Below the pieces are notes generated by a model. It did not search any database, was not told the origin of the DNA, and was given only the letters and a program-made list of their open reading frames with translations. Shown piece after piece: positions 1 through 13,474 of a stretch of DNA of 64,000 nt. The stretch is taken from NCBI RefSeq assembly GCF_009914755.1, contig NC_060944.1; one strand, written 5' to 3'. The stretch's first letter is position 1; each line of letters starts with the position of its first letter. The position numbers were made by a program, and so were the translations under genes. This DNA comes from the human T2T-CHM13v2.0 reference genome, Homo sapiens.

Positions 1-37
1 GAACAGAGATATCTCTATAAAGTTCCCTGTTACAGCT

Positions 38-706
38 CAGTCAGCCCTTTGTATCCATGGGTTCCACATCCATGGACTCAACCAACTGCAGATCAGAAAT
101 ATTTGGGGGAAAAAACGGTGTCTGTACTGAACGTGTATAGATTTTTGTCCTTGTCGTTATTCCCTAAATCATTGAGTTAGGTATTATCATTATTCCCTAA
201 ATTTACATTGAGTTAGGTATTATAACTAGCCTAGAGATGATTCACAGTGTATAAGTGGATGTGCAACGGGCATATGCAAATACTACACCCCTTTTTTGTT
301 TTTTGTTTTTTGAGACAGAGTCTTGCTCTGTCACCCGGGCTGGAGTACAGTGACGCAATCTAGGCTCACTGCAGTCTTCGCCTCCTGTGTTCCAGTGATT
401 CTCCTGCCTCAGCCTCCCTGGTAGCTGAGATTACAGGCATGCGCCACTGCGCCCAGCTAATTTTCGTGTTTTTAGTACAGATGGGGTTTCACCATGTTGG
501 CCAGGCTAGTCTGAAACTCCTGACCTCAGGTGATCTGCCTGCCTCAGCCTCCCAAAGTGCTAGGATTACAGGCCTGAGCCATCATGCCCCGCCAGAGCCA
601 CCACCCCTGCCTGCACCACTTTAAATAAGGAACTTGTGCATCCGTGGATTTTGGCATCCAAAGAGGGTCCTGGAACCAATCCCCCATGGATGCCTAGGGA
701 CAACTG
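38..706 (-). mobile_element. MER2 (Tigger-type DNA transposon) interrupted by an Alu
   Basis: Terminal inverted repeats cagtcagccc...gggacaactg followed by TA; MER2-like interior. Confidence 0.8.
291..596 (-). mobile_element. Alu (S-type)
   Basis: Poly-T followed by an antisense Alu dimer. Confidence 0.95.
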
Positions 707-2249
707 TATTATATTAGGTTGCTAATCAATTCGTGTACACTTTACCCAGTTTTATACCATATTGAACTATTGATATTTGATTTGACATACCTGTGGCCAT
801 TTTTGAACAAGGCCATTCTGAACTAATATGTCTTGATGTGAGAGCATATTCCCTAGTGGCATCTTTGTTTCTATGGAATGCTCTGATTCAATTTATATCC
901 CTTTGATTTATATCCTGTTTCCATCAGGGAACAAGCTCTCAGCACTAACGCCTTCTACACAGGAATGCCTCTACCATCTCTTTCAGATAGTTCAGAAGGC
1001 CCTTGAAGATCTTACACATTCTAAATACCCTGGGACACTTTCCACCATATCACAAGGTCATTACAATTGTCTGCCAGTGATAATTTTGTTCCTTAGGTTC
1101 CTTAACATTTACTCCTGGTTCTCGGTGGGTTTGTCAGCATCTCACAGGGTTGGCAATGACACCCACTATACTTCTCTCTATCCCGCCTTGGGGAATCAGT
1201 TTAACATCTTATCTCCTTGCTTGTTGGAATTGACACATCCAGCATTCAGACTGTCCATGCTACATGTAGGATAACCAACAAACAAAATTGCGTTTTTTGA
1301 AACTTAAAAGCTCAATACCTTTATTTACTATTAGACTGCAGATTGTTGGGCCTGTAAGTAGGACACACATTGCCTAGAGTGGTCCGGCTCTGTCCTTTGC
1401 CATCTGGCTGCATGAATCAATGTCAGCTGGATACAAATATATCTCTGGAAAGGGGACATTGGGAAAAAGGGTGGATACACTAAGCATAGACCCCAGAACC
1501 TGTTCTCAGAAAAATATTTTCATGGTAAATCCTGAGATATTAAAGGACAGGTTTAAAATGCTGGCTGCATGCTTTCTCTGTCTTTTATTTTCATTGGATG
1601 CTAGAATTTGAATGGGCCCTGTTTCTGCTTTATTAATCCATATTTTGTGGCAGGAGAAATTCAGGAGAACTCAGGAATGGCAGGAAGTGGATGAGAAAGA
1701 GTGTGTGATAGAAACTGCAAGTAGCCTTAAGGGCAAAACAAGAATAATGCTACTGAGATGATGAGGCTTGCATATCCAGCTGGCTACTGTATTCTGGCCA
1801 CCAGAATTGGATTTCAGCTTGGATTTTCGAGGCTTAGCAGTACAATGAGGACTGGGATTCATAAATTATAATTATAAGTGTTATTTATTAAAAGGTAGTT
1901 TTGGTCTCAGAAGGAACCAAATAATAATAATGCATGCATCACTGAAAGATAAAAATCCATAAAAAATAATTGGGGAATATGAGATAAGGGGAAAATTGAG
2001 AATAAGAATAAAAAGGTAACTTGGAGTAAGGGAGGAAAAATTAGTAAGCCAATCATAACACACACCCCATAACATCCTGGATATTGGTTGATGTCTGGAT
2101 ATTGAGTTCATGGGTCAACACTGGCCACAGAGGTGAAGCATCATTGGAGTAGCTTGGGCTTGCAAGGAAGGTTGGCATTATATCTCTTCCCATCCCCAGA
2201 TGCCACCATAGACTCACCTACACTATCCCCAGGTCCTCATTGTACTCAT

Positions 2250-3386
2250 TTTATTCATTCACACGTTTTTTGAATGTATTCAATATGCCAGTGACCAAGT
2301 TCTGGAGAAACCATACTTTGTAAAAAGTAGACATTGTCCCTGCTCCAGTGAAATTTACCCCCCCAAAAAAGGAGAGAAGGAACCAATAAACAAATGATCT
2401 CCTGAACTAATTGTCTAGCTACAAACCCAGACAAGTTATCTGAAAGAAAGGAGCATGGTGCCAGGAAAACCCAGACTGGTCTGAGCAAGGTAGGTATAGG
2501 GGATCGAAGATCAGGCAGAACATCTTGGAGCAAGTGATATTTGAACTAAGAGCCAAAGGCTGAGTAGGAATTAACTAGGTAAATGGTATAAGGTCTGGTA
2601 GAGTGAGAAAGAGTGTGTGGATGAAGAGAAACCCTTTCAGATACGGAGAATAATACACGCAAAGTCCCTGTGATAGGAGGGACCATGGTGTGTGCAAGGA
2701 ACTGAAGAGTCATGGTAGATAGACCACAGAGCATCAGGAAAAGAATATACAATGGAGCCAGAAAGGTAGACAGAAATGAAACCCATAAAGCCTTGGCTGC
2801 TGCATTAACAATTTTGGCTTTTATCCTAATAAGACTTAAGGCTGGCTGAAGGTAGTGATATGATCAGATTTAGACTTTGAAAATATTTTTATTGATTAAT
2901 GTGGGGAGCAAATTAAAGGGTAGAAGGGGCAAGCGGGTTGCAAAAGATTAGCTAGGGATATTATGTTAGTGCAGGCAAGAGACTCTGGCAGTGTGGAGTC
3001 GGTTTATGACAGTGGTGATGGACAGAGGTAGAAGGATGTGAGAAACAGGGCCTGGAGCCGGATTGGCTGTAGGATACAGGGAAAGGGAGGAGTCAAGGAA
3101 TTGCCTAGACATGTGGTTTGTGCAACTGAGTGGATTTTGACTCCCATTCCTGGGCTAGGTGTCAAACTGCCAAACTGGGAATGAGGGGGAGGGAGCCATG
3201 ACAGCAACGTTGGACATAGTATGACTGAGATGTTTTCAGGCATCTAGAGAAGTCATGTGGATGGTGAAATGTACCACTTTGGAATTGAGAAGAGAAGTCT
3301 TAGCTGGAGATAAAAGATTTGTGAGTCATACATAAAATGGAAGGAAAGTGGAGAGAATATAGCATGACAAAGAAAAGAAGGCCTCA
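2250..3386 (-). mobile_element. L2 LINE fragment
   Basis: Starts with an attcattc...tgccag L2 tail-like sequence; purine-rich degenerate L2 body. Confidence 0.65.
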
Positions 3387-3683
<297 letters not shown>

Positions 3684-4649
3684 AAAGAAAAGAAGGCCTC
3701 AGATGGAGCCATGGAGAGTTTTCAAGGAGCAACTAGGCCTAGGATTATTCTAAACTCAGCACTAGGATTGTAAGGGCAAGTGTTTATTTTCTCACCATTA
3801 ACTTAAACTTCTTCTCTATTGTTTTGTGTTACCCATGACAGAAAACTCTCACTCATCTCTCACTCTAGAATTTCCTCAGTTAACCCTAAATCATCTTTGC
3901 CAATGATGATAGAAGTTTCACTCTAAATGGGTTTAATCAAGATGAAAAATATAATCGCATCATTTTATAATGAATAAGACTTCACAGGTATGCTAAATGG
4001 TTGTTACCAAAGTCATTTAAATAATAGTGATTTTATGCGTCTGTGTTTCAGTGGTTGGCTTCTCTGGCCTTGACCTGTGAGCTCAGCATGAAGTGCTGAG
4101 ATTTGATTTAAGATGACCTAGAGTTTATGTACTGTCATTTACTTGGAAATTATCACTTTGCGTATTTCAGATGACATCTCTTAGGTCAGTTTTGCAAGTT
4201 CATTATTTCAAGCTGTCTAAAGGAGGTATAGGATTTTGTAACAAGTAATTAAGGAAACCACCATAAAAGTTTAAGTTTATACTATATGATAGTTTTCATT
4301 ATCCAATGCTGCATTTTTTGTAATAGACATTGAATAGGAGGGAACTATCCTTACTAAGTGGTAGGCATTTTTCCCCATGATTATTTGTTCACTGAATTTG
4401 GAAGTGATGGAATTCCAATGAAGAGCTATATCAGGATCATATGCACATGTGCAGTATAGGTATTTGCATTTGCTATGTGTGTTTCCCTGTGTTCGCGATG
4501 TAATATATAAAATCAAGACATCAACTGTTGTCTCCCCAGAGTTATGGCTATATAACTTAAGCAGCAAAGGAAAGGATTTAGGGGTCCATTTTAATGTAGG
4601 CAAGAGATAAGACCATTTTTTCAAGTTAATAGGAAAGAAAATTATGGAG

Positions 4650-4857
4650 CTGTACTGTCCAAGGTGGTAAACACTAGCCATACAGGGCTATTTAAATATA
4701 AATTATTGAAAAATTGAATAAAATTTAAAATTCAGTTTCTCAGTCACACTAGCACATTTCATGTGCTCAGTGTTCCCATGTAGCTAGTGGCTGTGGTATT
4801 GGACAGTGCCAATATGCAACTTTTCCACAATTACGGACAGTTCTATTGAATAGTGCC
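4650..4857. mobile_element. MER3-like hAT/Charlie MITE
   Basis: ctgtcca...cactagcacatttca...gttctattgaatagtgc pattern. Confidence 0.65.
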
Positions 4858-4867
4858 AAACAAGAAC

Positions 4868-5174
4868 AGGGTTCAAATCCAGGCCAGTGCCTCTGTTTGC
4901 ACAGCCAGTGCACTAAGAATGATTTTGACATTTTGAACGGATTGAAAAATAATCAAACGAAGAAGAATATTTTAGAGCACATGAAAATCATTTGAGATTC
5001 AAATTCTAATGTCCTCAAAATTTCTATTGAGCACAGCCATGTGCATTCTGTTATGCATTGTCTATGTGTTCACACTACAACAGCTGCATTGAGTAGTTGT
5101 GACAGAGACTTTATAGTCTGCAAAGTCTAAAATATGTACTCCCTGGCTCTTTAAGAAAAGTTTGTTAACTCTTG
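4868..5174. mobile_element. MER58B-like hAT element
   Basis: gcacagccatg...gagtagttgtgacagagac...aaaagtttg pattern. Confidence 0.65.
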
Positions 5175-6214
5175 AGCTAAAGGGAGGAAAGGAGTAGTAT
5201 CACACATTACCGTCATAAAAAATATTCTGTATAGATTTGGAAAATGAAGTCAATAAGGAGAAGGGAAAGTGTATCTAGAATTCATGCCCAGATTTGATGG
5301 CTGTGGGATATCCTGCATTGGGGGGTGTGATGGTGGATGGGTTGAAAGCTCTGGAAACGTTGGCAATAGCCTTTAACATGTATCCAAAGGCTCCATCAAA
5401 CCCTCAGCTTTCTCAGTGTCTTTGCAGGTTTTTTAGGATACTCTCAAAAGCTCACTTCTCTCTGTAATTCACCATCTTCCCCATTGTAAAAGGCAAATTA
5501 AGTCCTCTCAAAAGTTTGACAATATGAAACAAGGAAATTCAGTTAGTCTCTTGACAGCAATGCCAATTATCTTCCTTTTTTTTAAACATTCTCTTAGGCG
5601 AATGCCTAAGACAATGGAAAATTATTTTGCAGTGAGACCCAAGCCAATCCAGACACAAGCTGCTCTCATTACAACCATCTCTTCTCATCTCTTGAGGATG
5701 AGCTCACTAATAAGAGTACATTATCTCTTATTGGGACAGGCTTAAATACATGCAAGAACTTCATTAAGTCATTCTCTATCAGAATAGGAGCTATTGAGAA
5801 TTTCTGCAGAACTAGGATTGTGTCTTCTCTACCTATGAAATGAGTGGTGTCATGACAAAGCACTCTAGGGAGCCCTGCCAACCTATTTGATAATGTTGAT
5901 GGACAAGATTGTATGGGGAGTGGGGAGAAAAAACACCTTTTATATTCTTCCCTGATGTATGTATAAGTAGTTCTTTAGGAAGAGATGAAATGCGTGGCTT
6001 TGTCCTGAATAGATTCCCTTAGGGGACACCCAGGGAATTCCTAGGCCCAGTGGAATTAATGTTCTAGAAAGAGAATCATGCTTCTGTTGCAGAGCCCCCT
6101 TCTTAATCCTCATGAATCCTAGTTAATAACACATATAATAAAGTATTCTTATTGATGCCTGTAACTTCCTTTGAAATGCACCCAAAAGGATAAATGATAT
6201 AGACATATGCTAAA

Positions 6215-6335
6215 GCAAGTATGGTGAAATGCTACGGGTGGAATCTATGTGGTAGGTATATGGGTGTCCACTGTAAAATGATTTCAACTCTTCTATATGT
6301 GAAAAGATTTTCATAACAAAATGTTAGGGAAAAAA
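6215..6335 (+). mobile_element. Old L1M 3' end fragment
   Basis: gtaggtatatgggtgtccactgtaaaat...tttcataacaaaatgttagggaaaaaa. Confidence 0.55.
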
Positions 6336-8355
6336 TCCTCCTGGAATACATTTCATGTAAGCCTCTAATTCCTCAGCATTAGCCACAAGCAGAACTGTCT
6401 TCAAAGGAGTAAATCATCAGGAAAAGTCCGTGACCCCAAAAGAGTGCTGTCCAGGTTTTCTCAGGCATGGCTCAGGTTCAGGCACAAATGCAAGTTCCCA
6501 GTTCCCATCTCCTCAGTGTGTGCCCGCTGACCTCCCTGCAACAGTTCTGCCCATTGACCAGTAGGGGATAATCCAGATGAACACCTTCGTGCTTGGAATA
6601 TGAGCACTTAGACTTCTAGATTTTAAAAGGATTTCTGAGCCCGATCCTTACACACATGCTTTAGTTTGTACTGTCTTTCTGTACATCCTCAGTTAAGAGA
6701 TGCTTTCTGGAGTGTTTTGTAGATGGATTTGAAGACTTCTCACTGCTTCAGTACAGAATGCCCTGGCAATGCACGCCTGGAAGGAGTCCATGGACTGATA
6801 TTTTCTAGCCAAAGGGAGCTAAAAATCAGCCATTTTGACATTTGGATTTTTCATTGATGTGTCTTGTTTATTTAATTCAATTTAATATGAAAGAGTAGAG
6901 AGGGTAGAACAAACTGTTCAGCAACGTATAGATCATTAGGTTTTAAAACCAAATAAAAAGTACTCAGTGTAAAAATTTGCCTGACTGAAAGGATTTTGAA
7001 ATTATTCTTGAAAGCTCTGAAGCACGCAGAGGCAGCTTTGGATGTGATGGATATTTTTGCTGCATAGAGTATCCAGTGCCAAAGAGATGATTCTGTCAGA
7101 AAATATTACGAAGCCAACCTAGCTTTGATAATTGCTTCAGATTGTCTACATATATAATCCTAAATCTCTTTTCAAAGTACTTACACTACCAGTGGTCTTT
7201 GATTTATAACTGCTGGTCCAAGAGATGGCCTACTAATAATATAAAACAGGGTCTTAGCTTCACTGCGTATCGTTTCCAGAGGATGTGAATCTTAAGTCAA
7301 TATAAGAGATGTGTGAGTAGGAATGAGAACTCTTAGAAATCATAGGAAGGGGTTCAAGTCACAGGGAACAGCAGATGTAGCTGGCCTAAGGCAAAGGGAA
7401 CAGTGCAGGATCAGAAAGAAGTCCATTCCAATGAAAAGAGCTGAGACCAAGGGAAACCATAATGGGGCCAGAGCATGCAAGACCATTGCAAGAAGCATCA
7501 AGGGCTTGGAGCTTTATCCAGAAGACAGGAGCAGCCATTGAGAGGGCATGCTCCAGCTTTTGTTTTAGCAGAATCTCTTTGCATGTGATGTGGAAAATGA
7601 ATTGGAGAGGGGAACCAGGAAACCTGTTAGGAGGCTACTTCTGTAATCCATGAAATGGCAATATTCTGCTTTTATGTCCCTGAGAAGAAAGCATAGGTAA
7701 GGACCACTGAATACACATTTGGTAGAAAAAGAATATTCCCCGGCTAAGGATTGGGAAGATAAAACAATCAGGACCACCCACCCATTACTTCATTTTCCTT
7801 TATGTATCCGATCAAGTACCCTTTCTAAAAGAAGGTAAACTTTACAGTTTTTTTTTTAATTTAAGCATCTCATTAGAACCTACTGAATATGAGTCTCCAT
7901 GTACTAATTGTAGTAAAATCTCTCTGAAGGCTGGCATCAGTATGTCTGGGCAGGATGTATATTCTAGCCCAGATTTTGCATAGATGTCACAAGGAGTCCA
8001 GAATCCCTTGATTTTCAGACATAGCCATTAGAAGCACACTGATCTTCACAGGTGGAGGCCTCCACTGCCATCAGTCTATTACTGCTGCTTAAATTCACAG
8101 CACCGTGGACAAGAGGAGAAGGTAGCCTAGCTGTTTCATTGGCCCCCGCATCTCTCTGCCACATGATGGACAGCCATATCAGATTGCATTAGAATGTTGA
8201 CTGCATGTTAACTGGTGATCCTTCTTCCTCTCAATACTTATTTTAAAATCACTCTAAACGCCCTGCTCTTATTACTAATTAGATTATTTGGCCTTGGTGT
8301 ATAGTGTCTTGGGGTCATCAGTATGAAGGTCAAGTCACGCAAAAAGAGTGGGGTC

Positions 8356-8564
8356 TCCAATGTGGATACACCCAGGAGGTCACTCTCTCCCCAGGCTGTG
8401 TCCAAGTAGCATAGGGGAGCACAGGGCTCTGTCCCCATGATGTACTGTCCTTTTCCATGACATTGGAGATGAAGCTGGACCTCAACTCTGCACATGCATA
8501 TTCCTACAACTTCTCAGAGTCCTGTGGATAATGACGGAGGAGAGAAACCATGCAGGAAACAGCC
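8356..8564 (+). ncRNA. RNU105B: U17/E1 (SNORA73)-like H/ACA snoRNA copy
   Basis: tccaatgtggatacacccaggaggtcactc...aaaccatgcaggaaacagcc matches U17 over its full length. H box AGATGA 8467-8472, m1 ATATTCCTA 8498-8506, m2 AAACCAT 8545-8551, ACA 8559-8561 three nt from the end. Confidence 0.9.
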
Positions 8565-8802
8565 CCCTAGAGCACCCAATCTGGATCTAAGTTTGTCTTA
8601 CATGTTTAAGAAAAATTTGCTTTAATTTATTTTACTGTATTAATTGATTAATTTTTAAAGAAATAGTGGAGTCCATCACTAAGACCTCAGGCCATACCTT
8701 AGATATTGAGATGTTGAATAAATCCCACCAGTTTATTTTATTGTAATGTGCCTCATTTTTCCTAAAAACTAAACCCCAAAATATAAAAGTTTTCATTGTT
8801 AC

Positions 8803-8980
8803 TTATTTATTTATTTTAGAGACAAACTCTCACTCTGTCACCCAGCCTGGAGTGCAGTAGTACAGTTGTAGCTCACCATAGCCTGAAACTCCTGGGCTCA
8901 AGCGATCCTCCCACCTCAGCCTCCCAAGTAGCTGGGACTACAGGCACATACCACCATGCCCAGCTAGTTATTTATATTTT
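8803..8980 (-). mobile_element. Alu monomer (FLAM/FRAM-like)
   Basis: A single antisense Alu arm. Confidence 0.85.
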
Positions 8981-9045
8981 GCTAAATGAATTTTTGAAAT
9001 AAATTTCACAGATATTTCCCCATTTTCAGTTGAAATTTAATTTTC

Positions 9046-9083
9046 TTTCTTTCTTTCTCTTTCTTTCTCCCTCTCTTTCTTTC

Positions 9084-9143
<60 letters not shown>

Positions 9144-9177
9144 TCCTTCTTTCTTTCTGTGCTTCTTTCTTTCTTTC
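9046..9177 (+). repeat. (TTTC)n microsatellite, probably an expanded poly(A) tail on the - strand
   Basis: Directly visible; lies between TSD-like repeats (see findings). Confidence 0.95.
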
Positions 9178-10122
9178 GTATTGCTCCTTGTGTAGCAGGG
9201 CTATCCCATAGGCAGGGTGCCCAGGGTAGTGAAAGTTTAATTTTCAGAGTTTTTAATGCCAGAATCCGACTTATGAATTCACTCAGTAGATATTACATGT
9301 CACTGGCATATGACCTTTTAATAGATATTTTATTGGCCTAGGAATGGTAAGGTCAGAGACTTGAGTGGTTCCACTTCTAACAGCAAAAAGAAACTATTTC
9401 TGGCTATAATAAAATTTAGCATCTTAAAATTTAAATAGAATAGTTGTTTATACTTACTCAGGGAACTGGAGGGTTATATGGGATATTTAAATAAATTGTG
9501 GAACACTTGGTCCTGAAAACTGCCCATTATAATACTTTAAACTAATTAAATTTCGTTTAAAAGTTTCAAGCTTCCTGAACATCAGGGAAACGTGAAAATA
9601 CAGTCATGGGTTATAGAGACTAGCATCAGGAAAAACAGCCAGAAATTCTGAACTTGGATCTCTTCGCATGTCCTTGTTCTGCTTAAGAAATTGCTTAAGA
9701 GATGACCTTGATAACATTTTAAAAATTTGAGTGCGAAGTGCAATGTATTGCCTTTCCATGGATTAGAGCACATGATAACTCTTGAGCCAGATTATAGGAA
9801 TCCCTATCATAAGATTAGGAGAAGTGAGAGAAAAGAATCAGAATCGAAAGCCTGGCCCACAGGTGACTCCCTTGTCTAAAGAAAACGCTTGGTCTTGCTT
9901 TCAGCACATGGCTTCCTGAAAACGAACTTTACCTTAATAAGTAACTGTTTAAAACTTTACTTATTAATTTGAATTAGTTTGAGTCCTTAGGGAACCCTGC
10001 GAGGGTTTAGTTGTCTTGATTACAAAGGCCCACATCCCTCAGAAAGTACCCTCATGTCGGCAGCTGGACAACCTTAAGGATTGTCATTGTGGAATCACGG
10101 CACAATCCAATTTCTTATCTCA

Positions 10123-10953
10123 CTGTTATGAGTTGAGTGGTGGTCACCAAAAAGACATGTCCTTATCCTGTTTCCTGGAACCTGTGAATGTTCCCTTGTT
10201 TGGAAAAGAGATATTTAAAGATGTTATAAAGGTAAGGATTTTGCAATGAGGAGATTATCTTGGGTCTTCCATGTGGGCCCTAAATCCAATGATGTGTGTA
10301 TTAGTCTGTTCTCATGCTGCCAATAAAGACATCCCAGAGACTGGGTAATTTATAAAGAAAAAGAGGTTTAATGGACTCATAGTTCCACATGGCTGGGGAG
10401 GTCTCACAATCATGGCGGAAGGCAAAGGAAGAGCAAAGGCATGTCTTACATGACGACAGGCAAAAGAGCATGTGCAGGGGAACTGTCCTTTATAAAACCA
10501 TCAGATCTCATGAGACTTATTCACTATCATGAGAACAGCACAGGAAAAACCCACCTCCATGATTCAGTTACCTCCCACTGGGTCCCTCCCATTACTCATG
10601 GGGATTATGGGATCTACAATTCAAAATGAGATTTGGGTAGAGACACAGCCAAACCATATCGATGTATGTCCTTAAAAGAGTGAGGCAGGGAGAGATTTCA
10701 CACAGAAAGAAGAGGAGGAGGAGGCAATGTGTCCACAGAGGCAGAGATTGGAGTGGTGCAGGCTCAGGTCAAGGAATGGTGACAGCTACTAGGAAGTGAA
10801 TGAAGCAAGGAACTGATTCCCCCAAAGGAGTGTGGCCCTGCTGACATGTTGATTTCAGATTTCTGGCCTCCAGAACTGTGAAAGAATACATTTCTATTGT
10901 TTTAAGCCACTCAATTTTTGGTAAGTCAATATAGCCGCTGTAAAAAACTAATA
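10123..10953 (+). mobile_element. MLT1C/D MaLR LTR interrupted by a THE1 LTR
   Basis: ggaacctgtgaatg...ggcctccagaactgtga...aactaatac. Confidence 0.8.
10297..10661 (-). mobile_element. THE1 (C/D-like) solo LTR
   Basis: tgtattagtctgttctcatgctgc...agccaaaccatatc; 5-bp TSD atgtg/atgta. Confidence 0.9.
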
Positions 10954-11517
10954 CGCTAACAACGAATTCTGTTTCCTCCATTTATTCATACCTTCCCTAA
11001 TGTCTGCTTTTCCAGGTGAAGTATCTGAAAGGTCTTTTTCCCTTCCATGCTCTTGCCCATCCTTCTGGAATATTCTCTGTGGCAGTTATGCAGACCTTTA
11101 CAACCACATTTCTTGTGGGTTGTATGTGTGAAATCTTCAGAGCTCAGAAAAAAAAAATCTGATCAAAAGCAACATTTGAACTACTGAATTTCTTTCTTTT
11201 CAAGTTCATTCATTCAATATTATTTGTTGAATAAATATTCAGCAAATATTTATTGAGCATGTACTATGTGCCAGGCATTGTTCTGCATGCTGGAGAAGCC
11301 TGGGGAAGTGAGGGGAAAGATGAACAAAAATCCCTGCTCCCATTAAGTTTTCATAGGCAAGCAATACATAAAATAAAGAGGTAAAGTTATAGCATGTTGG
11401 ATGTAGTAAAAAGAAACTACAGAGAATTAAGAAAGAAAGAGGGATAGGGAATAGTTTTCTGGTTTAATAGGATGATTATGGAAGACTTCACCGAGAAGGT
11501 GACCTCCAGAAAGGAGA

Positions 11518-12289
<772 letters not shown>

Positions 12290-12971
12290 GGAGAGGAGTT
12301 GAGTGAGCCATAAGGGATCTGTGGGAAGAGTAAAATTTCTAGGAAGAGTAAATTTCAAAAGCTAAGGGCCTGGCTTGTTGAACAATGAGGCAGCAAGTGC
12401 AAGAGGGACTGAGAGCCACAAGAGATGAGTAGCAGATGAATTCGGAGTGCCCTTGAGGTGAGGCTGGTAGCAGGCTTGATAGACCATGGACATGGCTTTT
12501 TGTCTGCTTTTGGTTATTTTGTTAGACCTATTTCAGGGTCTCCACCATTGTCACATTCTTTCCTTTTTAAGAGTATTTTTTTTTTCTGGTTATACCCATG
12601 AAACCTTATTTTAAGTCCCTAACCACAGGCTTTAGAGATCTATGCTGTATAAAAAGTAATTCATCCAATTCTATTATGACTTATATATAGCAATCTACTC
12701 ATTTATGAAACAAAGAATTCCAGGCATATCTTGTTTTACTAGCCTGTCCTGAGTATTGTGGTTCGAATTCATTTGTGGACTCTTGAGTAGGGCTGTCTGT
12801 CTATAATGACAATGCATATACATGTAGAACCAGCTTATGAGAGTTTATGTTTTATAAACTGCATAATAGATTTAAAAGTTTCTCCATACATATTTCATGA
12901 TTCCCACCTCAGAGGGCACAGGAAATGGTCCAAAGCAGACGACTCTAACTTAAAATGACTGACAAGGCATC

Positions 12972-13473
12972 TGGGTCAGTGAGCTTTGGCTGCATAACAA
13001 ACCACTTCAAAACTTAGTGACTTGAAAACAAATCACTGTTGAGACAATAACCATGTTACTGCTCACAAGTCTATGGGTCAGCTGAACCTTTCTGCTGCTT
13101 TGCCTTGGGCTTCATTGATCCCAGCTGGTCTTAGGCAGGTATCTGTGTTCAGCTAGCAGATCAACTGAAGTCTGGCTAGTTGAGGATGGTCTTACCTACC
13201 TGGCTGGCAGCTGACTGGCTGGCAGTTGGGACAGCAGGAGTGACGGGGCCCTGTGTCTCTCTTCTTCTAGCAGGCTAATCAAAGCTTGCTCAAAAGCAGG
13301 AGCATAGACTTCTTAAGGCCTAGGCCCAAAACTGGCATATTGTCACTTTGACCACATTTTACTGTCCAAAGCAAACCCCAATACCTGCCCAGATTCAAGT
13401 GGGAAAGAAGTAGACTTTAAGTGTTAATAGGAGGAGCTGAAAAATAACTGTGGCCATTTTTTCAATCTATACA
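12972..13473 (-). mobile_element. Old MLT1 (H/J-like) LTR
   Basis: gctgcataacaaaccac...ccagattcaag...caatcta pattern. Confidence 0.65.
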
Positions 13474-13474
13474 T

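Noticed and set aside
873-1274. 133-aa ORF
   Set aside because: No motif or family similarity; ordinary intronic composition.
4277-4681. 134-aa minus-strand ORF
   Set aside because: Starts within a MER3-like element; no homology recognised.
10995-11022. Potential recursive splice site ttttccAG/GTGAAG
   Set aside because: Good acceptor but poor donor consensus; such matches are common by chance.
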